A DNA stretch of 64,000 nt from contig AL929603.2 of assembly GCA_000002445.1 (NCBI GenBank), positions 224,001-288,000 of the forward strand, written 5' to 3'. Below the pieces are notes generated by a model. It did no database searches and was not told the origin of the DNA. It saw only the letters and a program-made list of their open reading frames with translations. This stretch comes from Trypanosoma brucei. Its lineage: Eukaryota. The first letter of the stretch is position 1; every line of letters starts with the position of its first letter. A program made the translations under genes and the position numbers. Positions 11,770-21,925 of the stretch are shown here, piece by piece.

Positions 11770-13299
11770 TTACTCCTTATCATCCAATACTGCAACACCG
11801 GGAAGCGTTTTGCCCTCGAGGAGTTCCAAAGACGCACCACCACCAGTTGAAACATGAGAAATACGTGCAGCTTCACCACAGAGTTCAGCCGCACCCGCAC
11901 TCTCACCACCACCGATGATACTCATGAGTCCACGTTTCTGAGTTCCTCGACCCATGGCTTTCGCAATTGCAAATGTACCTTTGGAATAAGGAACCATTTC
12001 AAATACACCCATGGGACCGTTCCAAATGGCGCTCTTACACTTCCCAATCGTCTGAACATATTTTTCAATAGTCTTGGGACCAATATCCAGAGCCATATGT
12101 CCTTCAGGGATGTTTTGATCCTCAGTTATCAATGGAGAATCCACAGCTTTGAATTCCGTGTGGCAAACATGATCAATTGGAAGAATAATCTGCACCTTGC
12201 GGTCCTCCGCCTTCTTCAGCAGGGATCGAGCAAATTCAAGTTTACTTTCCTCGCACTTCGATTTTCCAATGCTGTAACCCTGAGCCTTCAGAAATGTGTA
12301 TGCCATTGCACCACCAATTAAGAGATAATCGATGCGCTGCAACATGTTATCCAGAAGTTGGATCTTTTCGCTCACTTTCGCTCCACCAACGATAGCAACC
12401 AGCGGACGCGGCGGGTTACCAAGTACCTTAGCGAAGTATGAAATCTCCTTCTCCATCAAATAACCGGCAGCACCGTGACCCAAAATCTTTGGAATTCCGG
12501 TCATGGTAGCACTGTCACGGTGAGCTGCACCAAAAGCATCACTGATGTAAACATCACCATATGACGCAAGGATCTTGGCCATGGCTTCACGTTCCTCAGC
12601 ATTTTCACCGTTTTCTTCGCTGTAGAACCGTACATTTTCAAGTAACATAACATTTCCACGCTTTAACCGCGAAACCTCTACTCTGGCATCCAAGCAGTCG
12701 TGAGCAAAATATACATGTTGGCCGAGTAATTCGGCAAGCCTTACAGCAACTGGACGAAGACTGTATTGCTCTTCGTAGCCTGCACTAACACTCATCTGCG
12801 GTAACGCACTGTCTTTGTTTTCGTTTAAGTACTGCATAAGCAAAGATTTCTTCTCGTCCTCAGGAAGGCGCGCAAACAGCATTGTTTTTCCAGATTTCAC
12901 CTCAGGTGATATGTGCGTTGCCTCTTCCCGTGCACTGGATTTCGCTAATATTTTAACTTTCTCCTCTCCCGGTAGAACACTAAAAAACGCTGTTTTACCT
13001 TTGTTGTCGTGAAACTGAGCCTCGTGATATCGCCGTCTTATATCTCGCACACCCGCAACCATTGAAACGCCTCTGGGCCGTCCAAGATGGCTCAGGAGAA
13101 TACAAATACCACCCTGATCAATAACCCGCCGTATCGTTGGAATCGCCGCACGGATTCGATAATCGTTAGTAATATGGCCATTTTGCATAGGAACGTTGAA
13201 ATCGACACGCATAAGCACTCGCTTCGCCGTTAACGGCCAAACATCGCCCACAGACTTCTTCAGGCTTATGTTGTTCTTCGCATTCGGTGCAGTGGACAT
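11770..13299 (-). CDS. PGKA: phosphoglycerate kinase-like protein, 509 aa with a large internal insertion (56-kDa-type PGK)
   Basis: The N-terminal part has PGK motifs (VLMRVDFNVP, SHLGRPRG). An ~80-aa insertion follows (…RRRYHEAQFHDNKGKTAFFSVLPGEEKVKILAKSS…). The C-terminal two-thirds is nearly identical to the B and C copies. Confidence 0.92.
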   Translation of the reverse strand: MSTAPNAKNNISLKKSVGDVWPLTAKRVLMRVDFNVPMQNGHITNDYRIRAAIPTIRRVIDQGGICILLSHLGRPRGVSMVAGVRDIRRRYHEAQFHDNKGKTAFFSVLPGEEKVKILAKSSAREEATHISPEVKSGKTMLFARLPEDEKKSLLMQYLNENKDSALPQMSVSAGYEEQYSLRPVAVRLAELLGQHVYFAHDCLDARVEVSRLKRGNVMLLENVRFYSEENGENAEEREAMAKILASYGDVYISDAFGAAHRDSATMTGIPKILGHGAAGYLMEKEISYFAKVLGNPPRPLVAIVGGAKVSEKIQLLDNMLQRIDYLLIGGAMAYTFLKAQGYSIGKSKCEESKLEFARSLLKKAEDRKVQIILPIDHVCHTEFKAVDSPLITEDQNIPEGHMALDIGPKTIEKYVQTIGKCKSAIWNGPMGVFEMVPYSKGTFAIAKAMGRGTQKRGLMSIIGGGESAGAAELCGEAARISHVSTGGGASLELLEGKTLPGVAVLDDKE

Positions 13300-13833
13300 G
13301 ATCCCGCTTGTTTTTCTTATTTTTGTTCTTGACCTTCCCGCTACTTCTCGTTGTTTCGATTACTTAGAAAAAAAAAACGCCGACGGTTTTACCACCGTTA
13401 TCGTTGTACCCGCAATAGGAAATGGAATGACTAAGGTATATTAATTTTCTGGTGCGATGCGTTGCTGGAAAGCAGTTCTATGACACACACACACACACGT
13501 TCCACTAACAGTAAGTAAAAGAAAAAAATAACATTAAAAACGCATTCATGCGAGAAACAGATGAACAGTGAAAACAGGCAATGAAAGATATTGTTGGAGT
13601 GGCCCTAAGTCACGAGCTCGCCGCTTAAGTTAAAATTTTGTTTACTAAGAAGGAAGCAACGAAACACGCTTCCCCATCGTTAAAATCGCACTCGCCCACA
13701 CAAACAAACGTCTCTTTCGTGTTCCGCACGCCCTCGAAGGGAATGAGACAGGAGAGCCAGTTGTCGATTACAGGTAGCAAGCGCCGCGCAAAAGCGTCCG
13801 CATCAATGGGGGGAAAGTAGTCCTATTAACTCC

Positions 13834-15543
13834 TCACTTCAGTTTGGAGTGTTTACCACCTTTTAGTTCCTTCTCCACACTTTGAAGCGATTCCCAAAGG
13901 GAGTCCGGCACCAATTCGCCCAACTCCTGCAACATTTGCCCTTGACACATGTAAAGTACAAAAACAGTTTCAAGAAGCATGCGTTCTTCTTCCCTCCCGA
14001 GAACGGCTTCTGCGCAACCCAGGCGGTTTTTGAGAGCGGCCGCAGACTGACACAGTAACTGAACGGTCTCGTGAGAGGACGGAAGGTATGGTGCATAACA
14101 TCCCAGTATAAGAGCGGCTTCGGGCGACTGTTGTCCGTATACTGCAACTCCCAAATGATATGCGTACTGCAATACGCTACTGGCGCGCTGGTCTCTCAGA
14201 AAATGTAGCAATCTGCCGCATTCTCTACCAACACGAACTGCTTCGGTTGTACGTCGGTCAGCATGCTGATCCGAATTGACAACACGAATCCAAAACTCGG
14301 CAGCCTTTCTAAGTTCTTTACCTTCATTGAGTGCGAGGAACGTCGCGCTCCTGTCGAGCCCCAGCAGTAAATCATTGCTCAACGACAGCTTACGAGCGTT
14401 AAACCACTTCAGCAGCGCCGTCGTGTGACGTACCAATTCGTGTGCTGTGCTGCTTCCCGCGGAGCGCCAACGCCGCGGCCACAACGCCTGAAGAACCTCA
14501 GCACTTCGCAGCAATATGGCATCATCTGCCCCTGTAAGGAGCGCATCGGCGATACAACTATGTATGAAGAGTGAGGAATCCTCCCACCTCTGGCCACAAA
14601 TCCCCAAACCAGTGAGAAACATAACAAACTCCTCTCCCCTCTCACTCCCCACAACAGAGTCTACAACAGCGTAAGGAATGTTTCGAGCGTCAAAGAATGC
14701 CAGGGTTCGCAGCTGTTTTGTTCCATCAGGAAAATGGGATTCAAGCTCATTGAGTGCAACATCAAGGAACACATTGAGCGCGTGGGAAACACTTATGGTA
14801 CCCTCCGCGCCAACCCCTTTTGCCAACAGCAAACTCCGCAGCTCTTCGGGACTGACGGAACCACTTTCCATGAGGCAACAGGCCAAATGCATAAGAATAG
14901 GAACACGACAGACAGCGTGCATCACATCTCTGGTAGAGGATGTGGCTCTCTCCTCTACGTTAATACCCTGTAAAAATTGGTCCGCATCAACCTCTGTGAA
15001 TGAGCCGGCTTTCAGAACGGGTATCTTTAGATTCCCGACTGGATCCGCACTGCTCGTTACCAGTGCGTACACATTCGGATGATCAGGTATTAGTTGAAGA
15101 ACGACCTGCGGGTTTGGCGTGCCATCTACAACGAGCAATACATCCTTCTCCTTCCGCCCCTTCATCGACTGAAAGAACTGTAAAAGATGCGACTCGAGTG
15201 AATCATCCCAGTCGAACCAATGAACACAAGTGAAGCGCCCACTGCGTCGTGCCCGGCTGCAGAACTCCACCGCGATAGTTGTTTTTCCAATGCCGTCCAG
15301 TCCCGCTATTACCTGACAATGTCGTCCCGCTAGTAAGTTCTGCCACAGTTGCATGATTTCCCTCTCGCGCCCAACCACACGGGACGCCACCGGGGCGTCG
15401 AAAAGAATGGGATCTGCCGCCGGAGGATCATCCGACATGCCGATGGTAGTTGCACCTCTTTTGACGCTGCAGCCAAAAGTAGTGGAAGCCGTTTGACCCC
15501 CCGGAAATTTTTTTACACACGCGCGACGAAGCAGCCGCCACAT
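13834..15543 (-). CDS. NB-ARC / STAND-family P-loop NTPase with a C-terminal helical (TPR-like) region (up to 569 aa; likely true start at the internal MSDDPP)
   Basis: The motifs appear in the expected order: VGREREIMQLWQNLL…VIAGLDGIGKTTIA (VGRE plus P-loop), KDVLLVVDGT (Walker B / kinase-2), YALVTSS (RNBS-B-like), CRVPILMHLA (GLPL-like). Confidence 0.75.
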   Translation of the reverse strand: MWRLLRRACVKKFPGGQTASTTFGCSVKRGATTIGMSDDPPAADPILFDAPVASRVVGREREIMQLWQNLLAGRHCQVIAGLDGIGKTTIAVEFCSRARRSGRFTCVHWFDWDDSLESHLLQFFQSMKGRKEKDVLLVVDGTPNPQVVLQLIPDHPNVYALVTSSADPVGNLKIPVLKAGSFTEVDADQFLQGINVEERATSSTRDVMHAVCRVPILMHLACCLMESGSVSPEELRSLLLAKGVGAEGTISVSHALNVFLDVALNELESHFPDGTKQLRTLAFFDARNIPYAVVDSVVGSERGEEFVMFLTGLGICGQRWEDSSLFIHSCIADALLTGADDAILLRSAEVLQALWPRRWRSAGSSTAHELVRHTTALLKWFNARKLSLSNDLLLGLDRSATFLALNEGKELRKAAEFWIRVVNSDQHADRRTTEAVRVGRECGRLLHFLRDQRASSVLQYAYHLGVAVYGQQSPEAALILGCYAPYLPSSHETVQLLCQSAAALKNRLGCAEAVLGREEERMLLETVFVLYMCQGQMLQELGELVPDSLWESLQSVEKELKGGKHSKLK

Positions 15544-16377
15544 AGCTCCTTTGAAGCGCTTTCCAACATCGAATCACGAAACAATAAATGCATATACGAG
15601 TGGGACGCACATACGGGGAAAGGACAAGGTGCAAGACAAAACACGTAACCACGGGGAAAATGGATGAAGGCACAGGGCTTTCGTTAAACGGCGACAAGGC
15701 AGGGGCAACCCACTTGTTTCCAGTTGGTTACAAAACGTGATGTATCGAAAATGTGTGTTCATAAAAAATAACAGGGAAAAAGATGTGCGCCCACACATGT
15801 CCGCATCGCCTCCTCCGTCTCTGCGCACAAAATAACAAATCTCTTCTGCCCCACGGTACGCAAATACATTCAGCGCTTTAAGGTAGAACGCACCCCAACG
15901 GCGGCGAATCCCAGTAACATTTCAGCGAGGAACGCACTCGCTCCACAGAGACCGTAACAGAGTTGAAGCTTGTACAAGTTTCCTCATAGGAGAATCAAAA
16001 AAATAAATATATATACGTTCTCAATACCCACAAGAAAAACGAGGCCCCCACAAAAATTAAAGTCTCTGGCGCGTCCAACACATCTTGTTTTCGCAGCATA
16101 ACACAGTCTCTGCAACTCTCAACCGATAACAATAGCAAACTTCCATCAACTTTGTGCGGCTGTAATGACATGACCAGAAAAAAAACTAATGGAAAGAGCA
16201 ATGCGGACGTAGGGGATACAAAGGGGGAACAAGCGCCCAAATAAGATACACGAGCGCACAAGTCAGCAGCGCTCAACACGCTATTTCATCATGGAAATAG
16301 ATCTACCGTGCCAAAGGGAGGTAAGAAATAGTGAAATTGGAAAGCTTCTCCACGCCTCAAGAAAAAAAAAATGCGTC

Positions 16378-17727
16378 TTATCCCTTTGAGGTAAAGGCCT
16401 TCCACGGTGCATTGCAGTCAATTAGTCGGCGGCTGGCGCCAACGTCCGTAGGGCGGTCGAAAGATTTCATGAAACGCTCAAACTGCTCGTCAACATGCTC
16501 GGCGGCAAGCTGCTGTGCACCCTCCTGCTTAATGAAGTGCATCTTGGCCATATTCGGGTTTACCTCTATCGAGGCTTCACCTATCACATTGTCGCATAAT
16601 CGATTAATGTCCTCGCCTTTCGTTTCCATCGCTTCACGAGCGCGCCTCGTGTCTTCAACACATTTTCGCGAGGCACGCTCGAACGCATCTTGTTCCTGAC
16701 GGATGCCGCCCTCGTATCCCAAATCCATCTTTGACGGGTAGTGCCCGGAGTTGCGAGAGACCCTTTCTGCATCCTTGGCATAGCTAGTATTCATATCACG
16801 GTGCAGTCGGTCCGCATCCTTCAACTTTGCGGCGCTGTAACAGTTCATGGCGACAGCACTCGCACCACCCTCCTCACTAAACACTTTTGTTTGTAATTCA
16901 TGGTTATCCTGCCAATCAACAGGATTTCCGTATTCATCGCTGCAGGTGCCACGCACCAGTGCACCACTATCCCAGATGCCAGTAAAAAGAAGGCGCGGCT
17001 CATTTGCCAAGTATGTTTGCGTTCCCTCACCATGAGCCCGGCCGTGCTCGTTAAACTCGCCATCATATATGTAAGTAGGAGCAAATAGTTGCCCACGCCG
17101 AATGCATCCGTCAACAAACTCTCCCACATAAACAAACCCACCATCAAGCTTCATCTTGCAGTTGGTCCCATGCAGCTTACCGGCGAAGAATGTCCCCTCC
17201 TGCTCCGCACCTGTGGTAAACGAAAGCCGTCCGCGTCCGTGAGGTTTGTTATTGTGAAACTCACCCTCATAAGTGAAGTCATGTTGCGTCAGTTTTCCTC
17301 GTACAAACGATTCATTCTCCAGCGTCCCCACAAACACTGTCTCCGTTGTACCGTTGGGAATACAAACCGTTCCCTCTACGAGGTCATCTTCGCAGAACCG
17401 TCCCTTGTAATGCGTGCCGTCTGCTAGCCATGCCTCACCCTCACCGTGCCGCTGCCACTTCGTGTTGAACTCACCGCAGTAAAGATCCCCATCATCCTCC
17501 AGTCGGCTTCCCTTCAGTGGAAACCCGTATTCCTCGTCAAACACACCGCTGTATGCCCGCCCATCAGGCATTTTAACACTCCCCTCAAGAAGCAAGTCCG
17601 GACGGCGGGGGTTCAACTTTCCCTGAAGCACCACTCCGTTGGGCAACCGAGAAACACAAAGACGCACCAACCGGCGCACAAACATCTCACTATACTTTAC
17701 CTTCAATTGTCTATCACATGGTAACAA
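16378..17727 (-). CDS. MORN-repeat protein (up to 449 aa; probable start at internal MPDGRAYSG)
   Basis: About ten consecutive YxGxFxxGxxHGxGxxxxxxG units fill the N-terminal two-thirds, for example YEGEFHNNKPHGRGRLSF and YDGEFNEHGRAHGEGTQTY. The C-terminal ~150 aa is charged and has no repeats. Confidence 0.85.
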   Translation of the reverse strand: MLPCDRQLKVKYSEMFVRRLVRLCVSRLPNGVVLQGKLNPRRPDLLLEGSVKMPDGRAYSGVFDEEYGFPLKGSRLEDDGDLYCGEFNTKWQRHGEGEAWLADGTHYKGRFCEDDLVEGTVCIPNGTTETVFVGTLENESFVRGKLTQHDFTYEGEFHNNKPHGRGRLSFTTGAEQEGTFFAGKLHGTNCKMKLDGGFVYVGEFVDGCIRRGQLFAPTYIYDGEFNEHGRAHGEGTQTYLANEPRLLFTGIWDSGALVRGTCSDEYGNPVDWQDNHELQTKVFSEEGGASAVAMNCYSAAKLKDADRLHRDMNTSYAKDAERVSRNSGHYPSKMDLGYEGGIRQEQDAFERASRKCVEDTRRAREAMETKGEDINRLCDNVIGEASIEVNPNMAKMHFIKQEGAQQLAAEHVDEQFERFMKSFDRPTDVGASRRLIDCNAPWKAFTSKG

Positions 17728-18277
17728 GCGCCCACGAAACGTTCACAGTGATAGGAAGCGTGTTTCAACCAAACAAACAAATAAAAGGGAGTCAGGGAGT
17801 CATTTAAGAAGAAGGCAGCGAGGAGAAAACAGGTGAAGCAAAGTGAAGCGGGATAAAAAGGTGGGGTGAGATAGAGGGGATAATGGTGGCTACACGTTAC
17901 CAGTGTAACTGAAGGGGAAAAAACGATTAAAGTGGCGCGGTGACGGTCGTAACGCCAGCAACGCAAGGGAAACATGCACGCGTTTCCATTCAAATCAACG
18001 AATTCAAGTAGCCATATTATATCCTCGGGTCGAGGAAGAGAGAAGAATGATCCGAAACAAAATAAACCGCAAGCAAAAGATAACAAACCCTACTCCCATA
18101 TACATTCGTTACTATATAAACGTCTGCAAATTCTCTACAAAAAGCCACCAGCAGAAAAACAGTGGCCCCACCGCTCCAACCGGACAAGTTAAGGGCGATC
18201 TCAAACGCAGCCCGAGTACCCCAATAAATTCCAGCATTTCCTACGGGGCCAAGGAGGGAAGAATACTAAACAGCGCT

Positions 18278-21200
18278 CTACCGTATCATTGGTAAGAAGC
18301 GCTGATCTCGCCGCAGGTCGTGGCAGAGATAACTGTACTTGTATTTGATCTTTTTCTTCGCCACACCTGCAGGTTGTGGGGTTGGAAGGGCAATAGCAAC
18401 GGCACCGTCCGCCTCATCCGTAACGGTATCTGCGGAGGCCTTCTCTGGAACAACCCACGTAAATTCTTTTAAGTCCACAAGTGGAACGGGTGGGAACTCT
18501 AAATTGCGGTTAATGCAAAGCAATTGAACAGCAAACATTGCCCAATATGCAAATGCACTAGCCACATGTGACTCAGGTAAGAGAGTGAGGTGATGGAGTT
18601 CAGGCCGAAGAACGTCCCAACAAAGTTGATATAATAAAGGAAGAGGAATCTGTGCGTCCTCGAAATTTTGCAGCATTGTCTCCATCGTTACGGAGCATCT
18701 CTGTGTGACACGTTCAACAAACCATTGGGACGACAGTCTCTCCGAGCAGTTGGCAAGCAGAGTGCTCACCGTACCTAAAAGGCAACAGTGATTAGGCTTT
18801 CCATGCAATCTATAATGATGAATATAAGCCATCACTTCATCAGGTCGGATACCGTCAAACGCGTGTGCGATCTCCTTACGGCAATGCTGTCGTCGAACAT
18901 CTCGCTCCTCCTTTGCCATCACACGACGACTTTTTAGGCTGCTGATTCCGGAGAGTCGACATGCGACGGCAACCCGGCACACTAAGCTGGGGTTTCCCGC
19001 ATAGACTCGTTGCAACATTTCAACAAAATCCTTCTCATGTACTACTGATGAAAAGGGCTGGTCGCGAAACAACAACCACCTAGCGTCAGATAACCCGGCA
19101 TAGGCGAGTTGCCGTGTGACAACATTGAGGGGAACACCACTTTCTGTCCTCTCTGGATACTCGATAGATCTATAGAGGCGGCGAAAGAATCGCATCAGCA
19201 CCTCAAAGGGTCGATGAGACGACATGAGCTCAGTCACTGCAATGCAGCGATTCAAAAATGATAGCGCAACTTCTTCGCCGCAAATCGACACTGGATCCAA
19301 CACAGCTTTTACCACATTGTCACTTCTCAGAACCTGTGAACCCTCCAAATTCGAAATAACCGCGTCAACATATCGTTTTACATCACCCTCTAACGGGGAC
19401 AAGTCACAGCACCTTGTTAATATTGGTACCACATCCATTTCTGTAAAGTGACCACCAAATACGTGCTCAACTTCAGCAGCAAATGCGGACGCGGCGTCAC
19501 ATAAAGTTCGAACAACGAAAGCTATCAATGATGTACGGCGCCTGTCCAGAATCGCGATACGCACAACACAGCTGTTTTCGGCAACCCTCTTCAGTTCCTT
19601 GTATACATTGTCGGGCGTTAACTCCATGTCATCTAATTCCCCCCTTTCCACAAGGCGAAAACTCAACTCACCCATATCTTTTTCCTTCAACCCACATTCT
19701 TCCGCAAGGGCAGAGCGCATGTCCTCCAATGCACAGCCTGGACGAAGTACCAATGCCCGCATTACCTGTTGTGTCCCCCATGTGAAGAGACATTGCAAGG
19801 GAAGACCACTCGTACAAGGGTGACCCCTTACCGCAGTAACGTTAATACAGCTGCGTTTCTTCCTTATTGCCTCCCCCACCATTGCAGTAACGCCACTGGG
19901 GTTGCATAACGGAACACCATTACTATCATAAATAATTATGTTGTCCATATCAGTTAAATGAAGGGCGTTCAGGCATTCGTTCCGGAATGACTCAAACACC
20001 TTTGGTGACGCTTTCTTCCACGTTAAAAAAAAGCGAACAGGAGCCTTCTTTTCCAATGAACACGCGACCTCAACCACTACCTCGTTAGGAAGCTCCTCCT
20101 CAACATCGGAGCAATTTTTCTTCCCGCTGATACATTCCGTTGCGTTTTTTGAAGTCAATGGTGATTCATCGGCTCCCTTGCCATTTTTTGCCGTCACTGC
20201 ATCCCCATCCCCGCCCTTAAACCCAGTAGGGAGAACTTTCGCATTATTCCACGGACGCGAAGCAGCATTTCCCTCCCCAACCAAAACATCCTTCGTAAAA
20301 AGCGGTTCCAGTAATCTTCCTGATCCTATTTCACTGTCCCGTAAAGCAGGGGATTTCTTCATAGCGAAGGCATTCGGATCCCGGTCTTTTAGAAATACAC
20401 TCACGGCCAATGATAAATTTGGCTTCTCCACAATTTCTGCCTTGGCTGGTTCAGGGACTGCCACTGGTTTCACAGTCTCTGCCTTGGCTGGTTCAGGGAC
20501 TGCCACTGGTTTCACAGTCTCTGCCTTGGCTGGTTCAGGGACTGCCACTGGTTTCACAGTTTCTGCCTTGGCTGGTTCAGGGACTGCCACTGGTTTCACA
20601 GTCTCTGCCTTGGCTGGTTCAGGGACTGCCACTGGTTTCACAGTTTCTGCCTTGGCTGGTTCAGGGACTGCCACTGGTTTCACAGTTTCTGCCTTGGCTG
20701 GTTCAGGGACTGCCACTGGTTTCACAGTTTCTGCCTTGGCTGGTTCAGGGACTGCCACTGGTTTCACAGTTTCTGCCTTGGCTGGTTCAGGGACTGCCAC
20801 TGGTTTCACAGTTTCTGCCTTGGCTGGTTCAGGGACTGCCACTGGTTTCACAGTTTCTGCCTTGGCTGGTTCAGGGACTGCCACTGGTTTCACAGTCTCT
20901 GCCTTGGCTGGTTCAGGGACTGCCACTGGTTTCACAGTTTCTGCCTTGGCTGGTTCAGGGACTGCCACTGGTTTCACAGTCTCTGCCTTGGCTGGTTCAG
21001 GGACTGCCACTGGTTTCACAGTCTCTGCCTTGGCTGGTTCAGGGACTGCCACTGGTTTCACAGTTTCTGCCTTGGCTGGTTCAGGGACTGCCACTGGTTT
21101 CACAGTTTCTGCCTTGGCTGGTTCAGGGACTGCCACTGGTTTCACAGTTTCTGCCTTGGCTGGTTCAGGGGGCAAATTCTGGTCCATATTTTTTGAACGC

Positions 21201-21925
21201 GCGTTAACGACCGCACAAGTGGGAAGTTGATCGTTATCGTTCTTTGTGGATATGGGAACTTTGTTTTTATCTTCCTTCTTGTCAACTTCAGCTAGAGTCG
21301 CTCCTACCACCTTGGCTCCGGTGTCGCCTCTGCCAATATTATATGTAAGATGGCAAACGCTTCGTTGCGCCATACACGATCTTATAAGTAGAGCAGCTGC
21401 CTCCTCGCTGCATATCTCAGTCAACGCCTTACCGTTGCCTTCAGTGGAGAACAAGGTTAGTTGCTGTCCTGGCAACAAAACTTGCTGAATAGCGCCACGG
21501 ACCGCTACCAAGAGAGCCTTCCAGATCTCGCGACGAGGGGGAATAAAACGTTTCGTAGTTGGGACCCCTCCATCCGAGTGTTGAATGGATAACAGTACGA
21601 GCGGGTCATCCACCAGCATTGAGCTTCCCACGCCGCTATCACAATGATCTATAACCGCCGTGAACACAAAACAAGGGCAACTATGCACTGAAAAGAATGC
21701 CACCACATCATCATCGCTGAGCAGCTTGCGGGGCGCTTCATCCTGACCATGAGCAGCGGTAAGCTCGAAGGTACCATGTTGCAGGCGAAGGTCGTAACTT
21801 TTAAGTAAGTTAACCATCTCGAGTATAGTACTTGGAGCTTCCTCTATACTAAATGAGCGGAGGGTACATTCATTAGGCCCCCTGTATACCTCTAACCTAC
21901 ACAAAAAATTGCTGCGCATCGCCAT
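18278..21925 (-). CDS. large repeat-containing protein (1,215 aa) with ~18 tandem copies of a 14-aa unit PEPAKAETVKPVAV
   Basis: Continuous minus-strand ORF. The central block is encoded by a 42-bp DNA repeat at 20425-21168. The N- and C-terminal regions are unique. Confidence 0.8.
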   Translation of the reverse strand: MAMRSNFLCRLEVYRGPNECTLRSFSIEEAPSTILEMVNLLKSYDLRLQHGTFELTAAHGQDEAPRKLLSDDDVVAFFSVHSCPCFVFTAVIDHCDSGVGSSMLVDDPLVLLSIQHSDGGVPTTKRFIPPRREIWKALLVAVRGAIQQVLLPGQQLTLFSTEGNGKALTEICSEEAAALLIRSCMAQRSVCHLTYNIGRGDTGAKVVGATLAEVDKKEDKNKVPISTKNDNDQLPTCAVVNARSKNMDQNLPPEPAKAETVKPVAVPEPAKAETVKPVAVPEPAKAETVKPVAVPEPAKAETVKPVAVPEPAKAETVKPVAVPEPAKAETVKPVAVPEPAKAETVKPVAVPEPAKAETVKPVAVPEPAKAETVKPVAVPEPAKAETVKPVAVPEPAKAETVKPVAVPEPAKAETVKPVAVPEPAKAETVKPVAVPEPAKAETVKPVAVPEPAKAETVKPVAVPEPAKAETVKPVAVPEPAKAETVKPVAVPEPAKAEIVEKPNLSLAVSVFLKDRDPNAFAMKKSPALRDSEIGSGRLLEPLFTKDVLVGEGNAASRPWNNAKVLPTGFKGGDGDAVTAKNGKGADESPLTSKNATECISGKKNCSDVEEELPNEVVVEVACSLEKKAPVRFFLTWKKASPKVFESFRNECLNALHLTDMDNIIIYDSNGVPLCNPSGVTAMVGEAIRKKRSCINVTAVRGHPCTSGLPLQCLFTWGTQQVMRALVLRPGCALEDMRSALAEECGLKEKDMGELSFRLVERGELDDMELTPDNVYKELKRVAENSCVVRIAILDRRRTSLIAFVVRTLCDAASAFAAEVEHVFGGHFTEMDVVPILTRCCDLSPLEGDVKRYVDAVISNLEGSQVLRSDNVVKAVLDPVSICGEEVALSFLNRCIAVTELMSSHRPFEVLMRFFRRLYRSIEYPERTESGVPLNVVTRQLAYAGLSDARWLLFRDQPFSSVVHEKDFVEMLQRVYAGNPSLVCRVAVACRLSGISSLKSRRVMAKEERDVRRQHCRKEIAHAFDGIRPDEVMAYIHHYRLHGKPNHCCLLGTVSTLLANCSERLSSQWFVERVTQRCSVTMETMLQNFEDAQIPLPLLYQLCWDVLRPELHHLTLLPESHVASAFAYWAMFAVQLLCINRNLEFPPVPLVDLKEFTWVVPEKASADTVTDEADGAVAIALPTPQPAGVAKKKIKYKYSYLCHDLRRDQRFLPMIR
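20425..21168. repeat. 42-bp tandem repeat (~17.7 units) inside the 1,215-aa CDS
   Basis: Plus-strand unit: ctctgccttggctggttcagggactgccactggtttcacagt. Unit variants carry a single C/T difference (cagtctctg versus cagtttctg). Confidence 0.95.

Noticed and set aside
8648-12321. Three near-identical 155-aa plus-strand ORFs (8648..9115, 10260..10727, 11854..12321) and three small minus-strand ORFs MRRSACLMFQLVVVRLWNSS… (8419..8670, 9977..10282, 11715..11912)
   Set aside because: They are antisense or overlapping-frame artefacts of the conserved PGK coding sequence, or of its 3' end and UTR. Their identity just mirrors the PGK gene conversion, and there is no independent coding signal.
20178-21230. 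350-aa and 265-aa plus-strand ORFs (…GSGTATGFTVSALA… and …LPWLVQGLPLVSQ…) across the 42-bp repeat
   Set aside because: They are opposite-strand readings of the in-frame 42-bp repeat inside the 1,215-aa minus-strand gene. The frames stay open only because of the repeat periodicity.
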